A DNA stretch of 64,000 nt from Candidatus Akkermansia intestinigallinarum. Its GTDB lineage: Bacteria > Verrucomicrobiota > Verrucomicrobiia > Verrucomicrobiales > Akkermansiaceae. The notes beneath the pieces were generated by a model. The model saw nothing but the letters and a program-made list of their open reading frames with translations. It was not told where the DNA came from and ran no database searches. The first letter of the stretch is position 1, and each line of letters begins with the position of its first letter. The stretch lies in contig DXFQ01000013.1 of assembly GCA_019114365.1 (NCBI GenBank), positions 5,642 to 69,641 on the forward strand, in the 5' to 3' direction. Positions 45,944 to 55,583 of this stretch are shown here, in pieces. A program made the position numbers and the translations under genes.

Positions 45944-48601
45944 TCAGTCTTGGAGGGTGATGGCGATGTTGCCGTCCTGCACCGCAAGGGTGGCTTGGCC
46001 GTAGCTCTTTTGCTCGAGGGTGGCTTGGAGCATGAGCGAGCTGAGGCGCGGCAGAATGCTGTGCGTGATGATGTTGTCGATGATGCGAGCCCCGGCATCG
46101 GCTCGGCGTGCTTGGTCCATGACGAAGGCGGTGAGGTCTTCGCCCCAGCTGAGCGTGGTGCCGTAGCCGACCTTGAGGCGGCGGGCGACTTTGCCGAGTT
46201 TGAGTTTGATGATTTTGGCCATGACTTCCTGCGGGAGCGGGTAGTAGGGGATGACGACGATGCGGCCGAGCAGGGCGGGCGGGAAGACTTTGAGCATGGC
46301 CTCGTGCATGGCTTCGGCAACTTGCTCGGGGGACGGCATGAGCTCGGGGTCGGCGCAGAGGCTCATCATCTCATCGGTGCCGACGTTGGTGGTCAGCAGG
46401 ATGATGGTGTTGCGGAAGTCGATGAGGCGCCCTTCGCCGTCTTCCATGCGGCCTTTATCGAAGACTTGGAAGAAGATTTCATGCACGTCTTTGTGGGCTT
46501 TCTCAACCTCGTCGAGCAGCACGACGGAGTAGGGCTTGCGGCGCACGGCTTCGGTGAGCACGCCGCCTTCGCCGTAGCCGACGTACCCCGGAGGCGCTCC
46601 CTTGAGGGTGGAGACGGTGTGCGCTTCCTGAAATTCGCTCATGTTGATGGTGATGAGGTTTTGCTCGCCGCCGTAGAGGGCCTCGGCGAGGGCAAGGGCG
46701 GTCTCGGTCTTGCCGACGCCGCTGGGGCCGGCGAGCATGAGCACGGCGATGGGTTTCTCGGGGTCGGCGAGGGAGGCTCGCGAGCTCAGAATGCGGTCTG
46801 CAATGATGCGCAGCCCGTGGTCTTGCCCGACGACGCGCTCGCCGAGGCTGTCGGCGAGATGCAGGATGTTTTCCAACTCGTTGCTGACCATGCGCCCGGT
46901 GGGGATGCCGGTCCACTCGCTGATGACGGCGGCGACGGACTGGGCGTCCACCTGCGGGAGGATGAGCGGGTGTTCGCCCTGAAGCGCGGCGAGTTCGGCC
47001 TCTCGCTCTTTGAGCTCGCGGCGCCGGGGTTCGGCATCCTTCTCGTCCGCTTCATCCGAGTCGAGGCTGTTGCGCAGTTCGACGACGCGGTTGACGAGGT
47101 CTTTTTCGCGCTGCCAGTCGGCGAGGCGGGCGGCTCGGTGCTGCTCGGCGTCGGCTTTTTTCCGGCGGAGCTCGGCGAGCTCGGCACGGCGATCGAGGCC
47201 GACTTTTTCTTCGTGTTCAAGCACGGCGATGCGGGCGTCCGTCGCGTCGATGTCGCGGCGCAGGTCTTCGATTTCCGCCGGTTCGCTGCTCTGCGAGAAG
47301 GCGACGCGTGCCGCGGCCGTGTCGAGCAGGCTGACGGCTTTGTCCGGCAGCTGGCGGGTGGGCAGGTAGCGGCGCGAGAGGGTGACGGCGGCGCGCAGGG
47401 CTTCATCTAGGATGAGAACCTTGTGGTGCCGGGCCATGACGCGGCCGACGGCAATCATCATGTCGTGAGCCTTCTCGTCGTCGGGCTCTTCGATGAGGAT
47501 GTTTTGGAAGCGGCGCGTGAGAGCCGGGTCTTTCTCGAAATATTTTTTGTATTCGCTCCAGGTTGTGGCGGCAATGCAACGGAAGGAGCCGCGAGCGAGG
47601 GCGGGCTTGAGGAGGTTGGCGGCGTCGCCCTGTCCGGCGGAGCCGCCGGCGCCGATGAGGTTGTGGGCTTCGTCGATGAACATGATGATGGGCGTGTCCG
47701 AGGCCTTGACTTCATCGATGACTTGCTTGAGACGATTCTCGAACTCGCCGCGCATGGAGGCCCCGGCCTGAAGCCCTTGGAGATCCAGCGAGAGAAGGCG
47801 CACGTTTTTGAGCATGTCCGGGATGTCACCGCCGGCGATGCGCAGCGCAAGCCCTTCGACGACGGCGGTCTTGCCGACGCCGGCCTCGCCGGTGAGGATG
47901 GGGTTGTTCTGGCGACGGCGCAGCAGCACGTCGATGATGCGGCGCACCTCGGCGTCGCGCCCCACGACCGGATCCAATCGCCCTTGGCGAGCCTCCTCCG
48001 TCAGGTCGGTGCAGTAGCGCTTGAGCGCCTCCTGTTTGCCGAGTTCCGCCGGAGCCATGGCGCCTGATTCGGCGCCGACACTGTCGGTGGCAAGCCCGCC
48101 GGAGGCTGCCGAGCTGCACCCTTCTTCGCGGCTGCCGTTGGTGATGGAGTAAAAATGATCCGACAGCTGCTCCTCCTTCACCTTGGCGAATTGAGGCGAA
48201 ATCTCGGCCAGCCTGTGGCGGAGTTCGTCGGTTCGCAGGCAAGCCAGCAGCAGATCGCCCGTGCGGATGGTCCCCCTCTTGAAGAGCAGCGTGCTGAGCA
48301 TCCACGCTTCTTTGATGGCCAACTCAATCTGCGGCGAAAAATCGCGGATGCCCGTCGCTCCGCGCGGCAGACGGTCCAAGGCCGATGTCAGATCCGCCGA
48401 GAGGCGGGACGCGTCGGCTTCAAAGTGGCGGAGGATGAGATGGATGTCGGTTTCTTCCGTGCTGATGATCTGGTTGAGCCAATGGACGAGCTCCACATAG
48501 GGATTGCCGCGAACTTTGCAAAAAACAGTCGCGCTTTCAATCGCTTTGTAGGCGACGGGATCCAGTTTGCCGAAGAGTTCCGTTCGTTTGATTTCAGCCA
48601 T
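45944..48601 (-). CDS. tssH: T6SS AAA+ ATPase ClpV
   Basis: LFGKL..., [47 protein letters not shown]; likely start MAEIKR. Confidence 0.95.
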   Translation of the reverse strand: MAEIKRTELFGKLDPVAYKAIESATVFCKVRGNPYVELVHWLNQIISTEETDIHLILRHFEADASRLSADLTSALDRLPRGATGIRDFSPQIELAIKEAWMLSTLLFKRGTIRTGDLLLACLRTDELRHRLAEISPQFAKVKEEQLSDHFYSITNGSREEGCSSAASGGLATDSVGAESGAMAPAELGKQEALKRYCTDLTEEARQGRLDPVVGRDAEVRRIIDVLLRRRQNNPILTGEAGVGKTAVVEGLALRIAGGDIPDMLKNVRLLSLDLQGLQAGASMRGEFENRLKQVIDEVKASDTPIIMFIDEAHNLIGAGGSAGQGDAANLLKPALARGSFRCIAATTWSEYKKYFEKDPALTRRFQNILIEEPDDEKAHDMMIAVGRVMARHHKVLILDEALRAAVTLSRRYLPTRQLPDKAVSLLDTAAARVAFSQSSEPAEIEDLRRDIDATDARIAVLEHEEKVGLDRRAELAELRRKKADAEQHRAARLADWQREKDLVNRVVELRNSLDSDEADEKDAEPRRRELKEREAELAALQGEHPLILPQVDAQSVAAVISEWTGIPTGRMVSNELENILHLADSLGERVVGQDHGLRIIADRILSSRASLADPEKPIAVLMLAGPSGVGKTETALALAEALYGGEQNLITINMSEFQEAHTVSTLKGAPPGYVGYGEGGVLTEAVRRKPYSVVLLDEVEKAHKDVHEIFFQVFDKGRMEDGEGRLIDFRNTIILLTTNVGTDEMMSLCADPELMPSPEQVAEAMHEAMLKVFPPALLGRIVVIPYYPLPQEVMAKIIKLKLGKVARRLKVGYGTTLSWGEDLTAFVMDQARRADAGARIIDNIITHSILPRLSSLMLQATLEQKSYGQATLAVQDGNIAITLQD

Positions 48602-48606
48602 GTTAA

Positions 48607-49611
48607 CTAAAAGTTGAGGGTTAAGGTGCAGGTTGTCGTTTCGGATTGCGGGTCGGGGAAAATGGAATTGCCGCCCAGCCGGCACGTCGCATCGAGCGAC
48701 GGGGCTGGTATGCTCTCGGTCATGATGCGGAACTGAAGTTCCCAGATGAGCGGGCGGGTGCTCATCAGCTTGAGCCACGCTTGCAGGCGCTGATAACCGA
48801 TGCTGCCGGGCAGGAAACGCGCGTAGCGCTCGTAGGGGAGAGGGCCGATGATGAGCGTGACTTGCTCGGTGATGCTGCGTTGGCGCTCACCCAGCAGAGC
48901 GCTGCGCCCCAGCTCGCACACGCCGGAGCGCCCCAAGCGGCAGCGCGCCTCTTCGTCAATGGGGATGCGGCAGGGAGTGTGTTGCCTAAGGGTCACGGGA
49001 ACGCCGAAGAAGCCCTCAAGAGTGCGGCACAGGGCTCCCGCTTGGTCCCTGTCGACCAGCTCCCGACCGAAAGCCACGGGGGCAAATGCGGGTAAGGGGG
49101 CGGCGCCTGTCGGATCTGTCGGCACGCCGGCGAGAGCCTTTGCGGCCTCTCCCAGCTCATCCTCTTCCGGTCGATCGTAGCTGACGGCCGCCTGCGGGCG
49201 GGTGCCGGCACGGTAAAACAGGGAGATGAGGCGATCGTGAAAGATATCCGCGAAGCGCTGCATCGTCAGGTCATAGTGGTGACGACTGCGCTCGTGCACG
49301 TATTCCGTCAGCGTGAGGGGCAGGGCTCCGCCGGGGCCGAAGAGACCGAAAAAATACACCTGCAGGGTGCCGCAGCCGCCTCCCGAAGCAAGCGTGTAGT
49401 CAAACAGTTCGCTGGGGGGAAAGTAAAGATGCGGTACTTGGGCAAAGCGCACGGCGGGCTTCAGCGAGGACTCCCACGAGCCCACGCGCGGGCAATCAGG
49501 CGACAACTGCTCGATCCTTCTGACGGTGGCGTAGAAGGAGTAATGCCCCGGGTGCGAGGCCAGAGCCTTGGAGAAGGCAAGGCTCACGGGATGTTCGCCT
49601 GTTGCTGCCAT
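48607..49611 (-). CDS. tssG: T6SS baseplate subunit TssG
   Basis: FY..VRR.E, FFGLFGP.G.LP..LTE, F.DIFHDR.ISLFYRA, IGPL..E.Y..FLP. Confidence 0.9.
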   Translation of the reverse strand: MAATGEHPVSLAFSKALASHPGHYSFYATVRRIEQLSPDCPRVGSWESSLKPAVRFAQVPHLYFPPSELFDYTLASGGGCGTLQVYFFGLFGPGGALPLTLTEYVHERSRHHYDLTMQRFADIFHDRLISLFYRAGTRPQAAVSYDRPEEDELGEAAKALAGVPTDPTGAAPLPAFAPVAFGRELVDRDQAGALCRTLEGFFGVPVTLRQHTPCRIPIDEEARCRLGRSGVCELGRSALLGERQRSITEQVTLIIGPLPYERYARFLPGSIGYQRLQAWLKLMSTRPLIWELQFRIMTESIPAPSLDATCRLGGNSIFPDPQSETTTCTLTLNF

Positions 49612-51344
49612 GTGTGAAGAGGGCCGGTTGACGTGCGGATGGTTACTTCGGTGAAGGTGTTGAGCTCGGTATGCTCCAGAATGAAGGCCGCGAGGCTTCG
49701 GGCGAAGAGATACACGCTGCTGCCGCCGAAGGCCCGTTCGTTGAGCTCGATGTCGAAAGACCACCCCCGCACCACACAGAGATCACCCAGAATGGGAAGC
49801 GTGCGCGATTTCGCCCGGACGCAAGCCGACTGAATGCTGTCCGCCTGCCGCATGGCAACCATGTCGTCCGGCCGATGCAGGTGGTGCAGCAGCTCCCTCA
49901 GCATCGCGGCAAGCGCCTGATCCCCGTACGAGGCGAGGACGGAAGGACTCATCCGAGCCAGTGCAAGGCACATCCAGCGAGCGCTATCCTGCGCCGGAGG
50001 CCCGTAGGGATGACCGGGCGGCGCGGCAAAGGAGGCCGTCGCCTCGCTGCTTCCGCAGCTCAGGGTCGCATCTTGGCGCAGAAAAAGCGGCAGGTCGCGG
50101 TTTGAGCACAGGGCGCGGCAGGCAAGACTCGAGACGGCATCGCGTTTCTCGGTGTAATCGGGCCCTGAAATCCGGAGATAGACCTCGCTGCCGGCATAGG
50201 GGCTGACACGTTGGCGGGAGCTTGCGACGGCCGTATCGCGGTGGGTCGTGAAGTAGTTGAGGCGCTCCCGTCCCTCCGGCATGAGGCCGTCTTCCGCATG
50301 ATAGATGGGGTAGGCGTCGAAGAGCTTCACGTTGTCGCTGTCGTAGGCGGCGAGACTCAGAACTTGGAGCACCTCCAAGTTCCCGTTGGCCGTCAGATCC
50401 GGCACCACATGCTCACTGGGTTGCCACGAGGGAGCCATGCGGTCCAAGCGGCGCTCCTGCACATTGATGGCGCGGGCGCAATCCGTCTTCAGCGCATTCC
50501 CGGCCTGCAGAAGGATGCGCAGCCGATCCGACGGGGGGCGCTTGAGCAGAAGCGAAATCGTCGCCTTGCCGGCTGTCGGCAGGTATGGCCCTGCGTTGCA
50601 GAGCCTGAAAAATGAAAATTGTTCCGGCAAAAGGAAATATTCGGCTACGGGCGGGAGGGCAAGCGCTCCGCCGGGCGGCGGCAATTCCTCAAGTCGGCAC
50701 GCCGTCGCCGGTGCGGGGCTCTCATCGTTTGCCTGCACCAACACACCCGCGCCGTCGCTCATCAGCAGTCCGAGCAGTTCACCCGCCGCCCTCTCCGGCA
50801 GCGCCATGTAGAAACACAGATCGTTCGCCGGAGTCCTTGGGCAATCCACGACGAGCTTTAAGGCTCCCACCGCCTGCATCCCGGCTCGCGCGGCGGCCTC
50901 CAAAACCTCCGCATCGTCGTACCGCGACTCGATGACCCGCACGCCGGAAGGCGTGAAATCCTCGCGCAGCGTATAGGCGCACAGCGGCTTGTCCGGAAGC
51001 GAAGTCGCCGCCGTGAAAACGGTGCCCTTGGGCAAAACGTCCTCCGTATCCGCGGGTTGAATGCAGAGGATGGCGCGGGAGGCCACGGGGGCATTATACT
51101 CCGGAGCCAGCCGATTGAGCAGGGTCTCGGGGAACTCGGATTGAGCCGCATCCACCTTGCGGGCGATCCGAGCCGTTAGAAACGCAACACCCTCCAGCAA
51201 GCGCTCCACATAGGGGTCGGCACATTCCTGCTCGCCGAGCTGCAGGCGGCGAGCCACCTTGGGGAATTCGGCGGCGAAGAGTTGGGAAGAGCGCCGAAGC
51301 GCATCCAACTCGTGCTCGTAATACTTCAGAAAGGCGTCATCCAT
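49584..51344 (-). CDS. tssF: T6SS baseplate subunit TssF
   Basis: YYE.EL..LR, FA.EFPKVA.RL, DPYVERLLEGVAFLTAR, EYF.LPE.F, CSNRDLP, NTFT. Confidence 0.92.
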   Translation of the reverse strand: MDDAFLKYYEHELDALRRSSQLFAAEFPKVARRLQLGEQECADPYVERLLEGVAFLTARIARKVDAAQSEFPETLLNRLAPEYNAPVASRAILCIQPADTEDVLPKGTVFTAATSLPDKPLCAYTLREDFTPSGVRVIESRYDDAEVLEAAARAGMQAVGALKLVVDCPRTPANDLCFYMALPERAAGELLGLLMSDGAGVLVQANDESPAPATACRLEELPPPGGALALPPVAEYFLLPEQFSFFRLCNAGPYLPTAGKATISLLLKRPPSDRLRILLQAGNALKTDCARAINVQERRLDRMAPSWQPSEHVVPDLTANGNLEVLQVLSLAAYDSDNVKLFDAYPIYHAEDGLMPEGRERLNYFTTHRDTAVASSRQRVSPYAGSEVYLRISGPDYTEKRDAVSSLACRALCSNRDLPLFLRQDATLSCGSSEATASFAAPPGHPYGPPAQDSARWMCLALARMSPSVLASYGDQALAAMLRELLHHLHRPDDMVAMRQADSIQSACVRAKSRTLPILGDLCVVRGWSFDIELNERAFGGSSVYLFARSLAAFILEHTELNTFTEVTIRTSTGPLHTWQQQANIP

Positions 51345-51349
51345 GGGTC

Positions 51350-51859
51350 TTATGCAAGTGGCTTGAGGGACGTCTCACCCGTTTCGACATCCACGCGCAG
51401 GCGAAAATACAAATCATCGCTAAGGGGTGCGACTGCCAGCCGACAGGCGATATGGAGGTGCAGAGCCGTATGGTCGTCGCCGTCGCGGAGCGGGTCGGCA
51501 AGCACCTGAACACTCTCCGGCTGCACTCTGGGTTCGTAGCGGACGATGGCCCTGCGAACCGCCTCCGCAATAACGCGCGGTTGCTTATAACTCGAGGTGC
51601 GCCCGGCGTAGGAGTCAATCCCGTAGTGAAAGACCGACACCGCCGCCTGCGGATAATGTTTCTCCAGATGTCGCGATTCTTCCGGCGACGTGTGCGAATT
51701 GAGCAACATGCTCAGATTCGCGAGGATATCGCTGCGAAGCTGCTCCGCGGAAAACTCGGTTCCGTAAGTGCTGTCCTTTGAGGCAAAGGGATTCTCATCC
51801 GTCAGCCTCGTCAAAAGGCAGGGCAAGTACTTGCTGGAGCTTCGCTGCATATCCGTCAC
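51350..51859 (-). CDS. tssE: T6SS baseplate subunit TssE (gp25-like)
   Basis: LL.RL.D, L..LLNS, SV..YGI, I..YEPR. Confidence 0.88.
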   Translation of the reverse strand: MTDMQRSSSKYLPCLLTRLTDENPFASKDSTYGTEFSAEQLRSDILANLSMLLNSHTSPEESRHLEKHYPQAAVSVFHYGIDSYAGRTSSYKQPRVIAEAVRRAIVRYEPRVQPESVQVLADPLRDGDDHTALHLHIACRLAVAPLSDDLYFRLRVDVETGETSLKPLA

Positions 51860-51868
51860 GTCGCGCCG

Positions 51869-52699
51869 TCAGGGCTCTTTTGCCGCCGCAGCGGGCAGGG
51901 GATTCTCATCGCCGCTGTCGAAGCGAAGAAGCGGCTCGTGCAGCATGGGGAACAAGCCTTCCGGAGTACACCAGCAGCGCTGCCCCGCGCCGATATAGAG
52001 CCCCGCTCCGCACTCGGTCCATGCCGTCGAGCGCATCATCAGCAGCTCGGAATCGAGCTTGCCGTTGATCAGGGGATAGCGCCCCGGCATGCGACCGACC
52101 ATCACCTCACCGTTCTTCAGCTGCAAGCGCACATGAGCCCAAAGCAACTCGACGGGGTGAGTGGGAGCGGCCAACTCCATCGACCGAACAACGGACAAAT
52201 CGACCACCCCGTGCGTATCGCCGACGAGGAGCTCCAACACGCCGGCCAAGCGCGCATCGCCATCGAGAAGCCAAGGGCTCGCACCCCGGCTGAGCACGGC
52301 CTTCGTCTCCGGCAGCGCCTCCGTCAGGCGAGCCGATGCTTCTGCTCCGGCCTGCAGGCCCTCGCGAGCATACGCGGCAAGTGCTCCCGCAAACAGATCC
52401 GCCCACTCCGGCTTTTCCCCGAACCACGTCGGCGGCGCGTCCGCGCGAAACATCGCCTCGCGGCGGCGCTCCGCGCGGATGAGCTTGCCGAGCGTCGAGC
52501 AGAACACCGCAGATGCCGGGTGAAGGCTCATCAGGGCATCCGCCTGCTTGTCCGCCCTCTCCCACTCTCCCTCCAAGCAGAGCACCTGAGCAAACAGAGC
52601 GCGCGACGCCGCATCCCGGGGATTTTGGCGAATGTCCTGCGCCACCTGCTCGTGCAGGGCCGTCAAGTTTCCTTGGGCAAACAAGGTCTTCGTATCCAT
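51869..52699 (-). CDS. tagJ: T6SS accessory protein TagJ/ImpE (SciE)
   Basis: P.DA..R..F.Q.LC..G.WERA..Q, D.D.RL..VLE, P.RYP, GAGQR. Confidence 0.88.
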   Translation of the reverse strand: MDTKTLFAQGNLTALHEQVAQDIRQNPRDAASRALFAQVLCLEGEWERADKQADALMSLHPASAVFCSTLGKLIRAERRREAMFRADAPPTWFGEKPEWADLFAGALAAYAREGLQAGAEASARLTEALPETKAVLSRGASPWLLDGDARLAGVLELLVGDTHGVVDLSVVRSMELAAPTHPVELLWAHVRLQLKNGEVMVGRMPGRYPLINGKLDSELLMMRSTAWTECGAGLYIGAGQRCWCTPEGLFPMLHEPLLRFDSGDENPLPAAAAKEP

Positions 52700-52726
52700 A
52701 GCCTGTCTCAGCGTGTTGAAATAATG

Positions 52727-52761
52727 AAAAAAGCCGACGACTCACAGCGGGCGCCGGCTTT
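52727..52761 (-). terminator. Rho-independent terminator after hcp
   Basis: Minus strand reads aaagccggcg-cccgctgtgagt-cgtcggcttttttc (stem followed by a U-tract). Confidence 0.75.
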
Positions 52762-52783
52762 GCAAGACCAGAAGTCTTGGGGC

Positions 52784-53314
52784 TCAGGCTGACTGATCGG
52801 TAGCGACGTTCCACCCGGCTGCCACATCACCGCCGAGTTCGCCCGTGGTCTTGAAGGTATGCGTCGTCCACTTGAACTGCTCGGCAACGATGCTCACCTG
52901 CTCCACGAGGCGCAGCGCCGCGGCATCGCGACCGATGCCGGCCATGAGCGTCTCCGAGCACACGGGAGCATCCACCGTCATCACCTTAGCCTCGATGACG
53001 CGGGCATTCGTCAGCTCCACCTCATAGAGCTTCTGCTTGGCGCCGCCGATTTGAGCGCACACCTCGAGCTTGACACTGGCGATATTCTGGCCGCTCATGC
53101 AAGCCTTCTGAATGTTCGGCGTCGCCTTGTCGAGCAAATGCACGAACACGAGCGGAGCCAAGACACCGCGACCACTGGCATTCGTCTGATTGGCAAACTG
53201 CGTCTCCTGCGTAGCTCCGTGGCTGAAAGAAACAACGTCAACCCAATTTGCGTGTGCCACATCGGTGGATTGCCCCTCGATGCCGTCGATTTGAATGTAG
53301 GAATTAAAGGCCAT
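52784..53314 (-). CDS. hcp: T6SS tube protein Hcp
   Basis: I.GI.G.STD..H..W..V.SFSHG, DKATP, G..I..V.L, AGWNV. Confidence 0.92.
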   Translation of the reverse strand: MAFNSYIQIDGIEGQSTDVAHANWVDVVSFSHGATQETQFANQTNASGRGVLAPLVFVHLLDKATPNIQKACMSGQNIASVKLEVCAQIGGAKQKLYEVELTNARVIEAKVMTVDAPVCSETLMAGIGRDAAALRLVEQVSIVAEQFKWTTHTFKTTGELGGDVAAGWNVATDQSA

Positions 53315-53354
53315 AATAATTACTTGTAGGTTTGTATGTTAACGAAATGATGGT

Positions 53355-54842
53355 TTATTTTTTCTCACTGGGGAGCTTGGTAACGAGTCGAAGCGAAGCC
53401 GTCAGACCCTCGAGCTGGAAGTGGGGCTTGAGGTAGAACTTGGCGGTGTAGTAGCCGGGATTGCCGTCCACATCCTCCACCACCACATCGGCGGAAGCAA
53501 GCGGGTAGCGCGCCTTGACGCTCTCGTCGGCATTCGGATCCGCCGTCACATAGCCGGCAATCCAGTTGGAGAGCCATTTCTGCATGTTCTCCCGCCCCTT
53601 GAACGAGCCCACCTTGTCTCGCACGATGCACTTCAGGTAATGCGAGAAGCGGCTTGTCGCGAAAATATAGGGCAGGCGAGCGGAAAGACGGGCATTGGCC
53701 GTTGCATCGGCATCGTCATACACCGTCGGATTGTTCAGCGTCTGACCGCCGAGGAAGACGGCGTAGTCCGTGTTCTTCCAGTGGCTGATCGGCAAGAAAC
53801 CGTTCTGAGAGAGCTCCGCCTCGCGGCGATCCGTGATGGCAATCTCCGTCGGGCACTTCATGGCCACGCCGCCGTCATCCGTCGGGAAGGTGTGGCAGGG
53901 CAGAGACTCCACCATGCCGCCGGACTCCACGCCGCGGATCGAAGCGCACCAGCCGTACAGCTTGAAGGCGCGGTTGATATTAACGCCCATGGCATAGGCC
54001 GCATTCATCCACGTGTACGCGGAATTATCGCCCGCGCCGGTCTCCTCCTCAAAGGCGAAGCCCTCGACGGGCGAGGTCTTGGAGCCGTAGGGCAGACGCG
54101 CCAGCACGCGCGGCATCGTCAGAGCCAGATAGCGGCTGTCCTCCGAATCGCGCAGACTGCGCCAGGCGGCGTACTCCGGCGTCTGGAAAATCTTGCTGAT
54201 GTCTCGCGGGTTGGCGAGCTCCTGCCAGCTGTCCATATTCATCAGCAGGGGATCCGCCGCCGAAATCATCGGGCAATGGGCAGCGGCGCAAATGCGGCCC
54301 ATACCCTTGAGAATCTCCACATCCTTCGGCTGATGGCTGAAATAGTAGTCCGCCACCAGAGCGCCGTAAGGCTCACCGCCCGGAGAGCCGAACTCATCCT
54401 CATACAACTTCTTGAAGAGAGGATTTTGATCCCAAGCCGCGCCCTTGAACTTCTTGATCGACTTCGCGAGCTCGTCTTTGGAAATGTTAAACACCTTAAT
54501 CTTCAGGCGGCTGTCTGTCTCCGTGTTCGACACGAGATAGTGAAGGCCGCGCCAAGCACTCTCCAGCTTCTGGAAATCCGGATGGTGAATGACCGTATTG
54601 AGCTGGGCACTCAGCTTGCGGTCAATCTCCGCAATCATGGCCTCAACCGATGAGATCACGTCATCCGAAATCAAATTCGCCTTGCCGAGAGCCTGCGTCG
54701 CCAGCGTTCCGACGGCCTGCTGCACGGCGGACTTGGCCTCTTGAGTCTTGGGTTTGAACTCGCGATCGAGCAGCGCCTCAAAATCATTCAGCTCGAGACT
54801 CGCTGCCGAAGCCTGCGTATCCGTTTGTGTTTCCGGCGTCAT
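53355..54842 (-). CDS. tssC: T6SS contractile sheath large subunit
   Basis: HPDFQKLESAWRGL, GGEPYG, AHCP, RLPYG, TDRRE.EL, SRFSHYLK, PHFQLEGL. Confidence 0.97.
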   Translation of the reverse strand: MTPETQTDTQASAASLELNDFEALLDREFKPKTQEAKSAVQQAVGTLATQALGKANLISDDVISSVEAMIAEIDRKLSAQLNTVIHHPDFQKLESAWRGLHYLVSNTETDSRLKIKVFNISKDELAKSIKKFKGAAWDQNPLFKKLYEDEFGSPGGEPYGALVADYYFSHQPKDVEILKGMGRICAAAHCPMISAADPLLMNMDSWQELANPRDISKIFQTPEYAAWRSLRDSEDSRYLALTMPRVLARLPYGSKTSPVEGFAFEEETGAGDNSAYTWMNAAYAMGVNINRAFKLYGWCASIRGVESGGMVESLPCHTFPTDDGGVAMKCPTEIAITDRREAELSQNGFLPISHWKNTDYAVFLGGQTLNNPTVYDDADATANARLSARLPYIFATSRFSHYLKCIVRDKVGSFKGRENMQKWLSNWIAGYVTADPNADESVKARYPLASADVVVEDVDGNPGYYTAKFYLKPHFQLEGLTASLRLVTKLPSEKK

Positions 54843-54844
54843 AA

Positions 54845-55372
54845 TTATGCTTGTTCAGGGGTGTTCGCCTCATTCTCCTTGTCCTTGGCCGCTTGCTCGG
54901 AAAGCGTCTTGAGCAGAGCGGGATCCTTGAGAATCTTACCGACAAGCTCCTCAGCCCCGGCCTTGCCGTCCATGTAGGAGACGAGCGCCGCCAGTTGCTT
55001 GCGAGCCTCCAAAAGGTCAGAAACGCCGGGAATGCGCGCGGCCACGGCATCGGGCTGGAAGTCATCCATGCTGTTGAAGGTAAGGTCGACGCCGATGCTT
55101 CCCTCGTTGGTGATGACATTCGGCACAGAGAAAGCGACTCGCGGCTTCATGCTCTCCATCCGATCATCGAAGTTGTCGCCGTCGATCTCCATGAAACCGC
55201 GCTCGGCCACCGGCGGCAGCTCGGCATTCGACTTACCGGACAGATCGGACATGACGCCCATGACGAAGGGTAAATCCACCTTTTTCTCGGCACCGTACAA
55301 CTCCACATCGTATTCAATCTGGACGCGCGGTGCGCGATTGCGCCCAATGAATTTTTGGCTGCTATCTGACAT
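54845..55372 (-). CDS. tssB: T6SS contractile sheath small subunit
   Basis: SQKFIGRNRAPRVQIEYDV, LPFVMGVMSDLSG, DNFD, F.SMDDF.PD. Confidence 0.97.
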   Translation of the reverse strand: MSDSSQKFIGRNRAPRVQIEYDVELYGAEKKVDLPFVMGVMSDLSGKSNAELPPVAERGFMEIDGDNFDDRMESMKPRVAFSVPNVITNEGSIGVDLTFNSMDDFQPDAVAARIPGVSDLLEARKQLAALVSYMDGKAGAEELVGKILKDPALLKTLSEQAAKDKENEANTPEQA

Positions 55373-55421
55373 ATTATAACAATATTATTCGAGAGCAAGG
55401 CGGATCCCTGCTACTCCACTT

Positions 55422-55450
55422 ATATTAACGTTTCTTTACATTCATTACAA
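55422..55450 (-). promoter_or_regulatory. Putative sigma70-type promoter of the T6SS operon
   Basis: Minus strand TTGTAA-17 bp-TAATAT in an AT-rich stretch ~50 bp upstream of the tssB ATG. Confidence 0.5.
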
Positions 55451-55583
55451 GGGAAAAAATGCCGCGCTCGGCTTTTTTGGCGAAATCGTTTCATTCGCAC
55501 GCCCTTATGGAAGGCCGGCCGCGCGATGACTCTTTGGCGCGGGCCTGTCTCCCTGAAACCCGGAGGCGCGGCGGCGGCCCCTT

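Noticed and set aside
45788-47410. 540-aa plus-strand ORF opposite clpV
   Set aside because: Antisense shadow of a well-supported gene.
48602-48778. Extended ClpV N-terminus in the ORF track
   Set aside because: It overlaps tssG; ClpV homology begins at [13 protein letters not shown].
25020-55583. T6SS as a mobile genomic island or prophage tail
   Set aside because: No integrase, transposase, att-like repeats or capsid/terminase genes seen; ClpV and TssKLM identify it as T6SS rather than a phage or eCIS.
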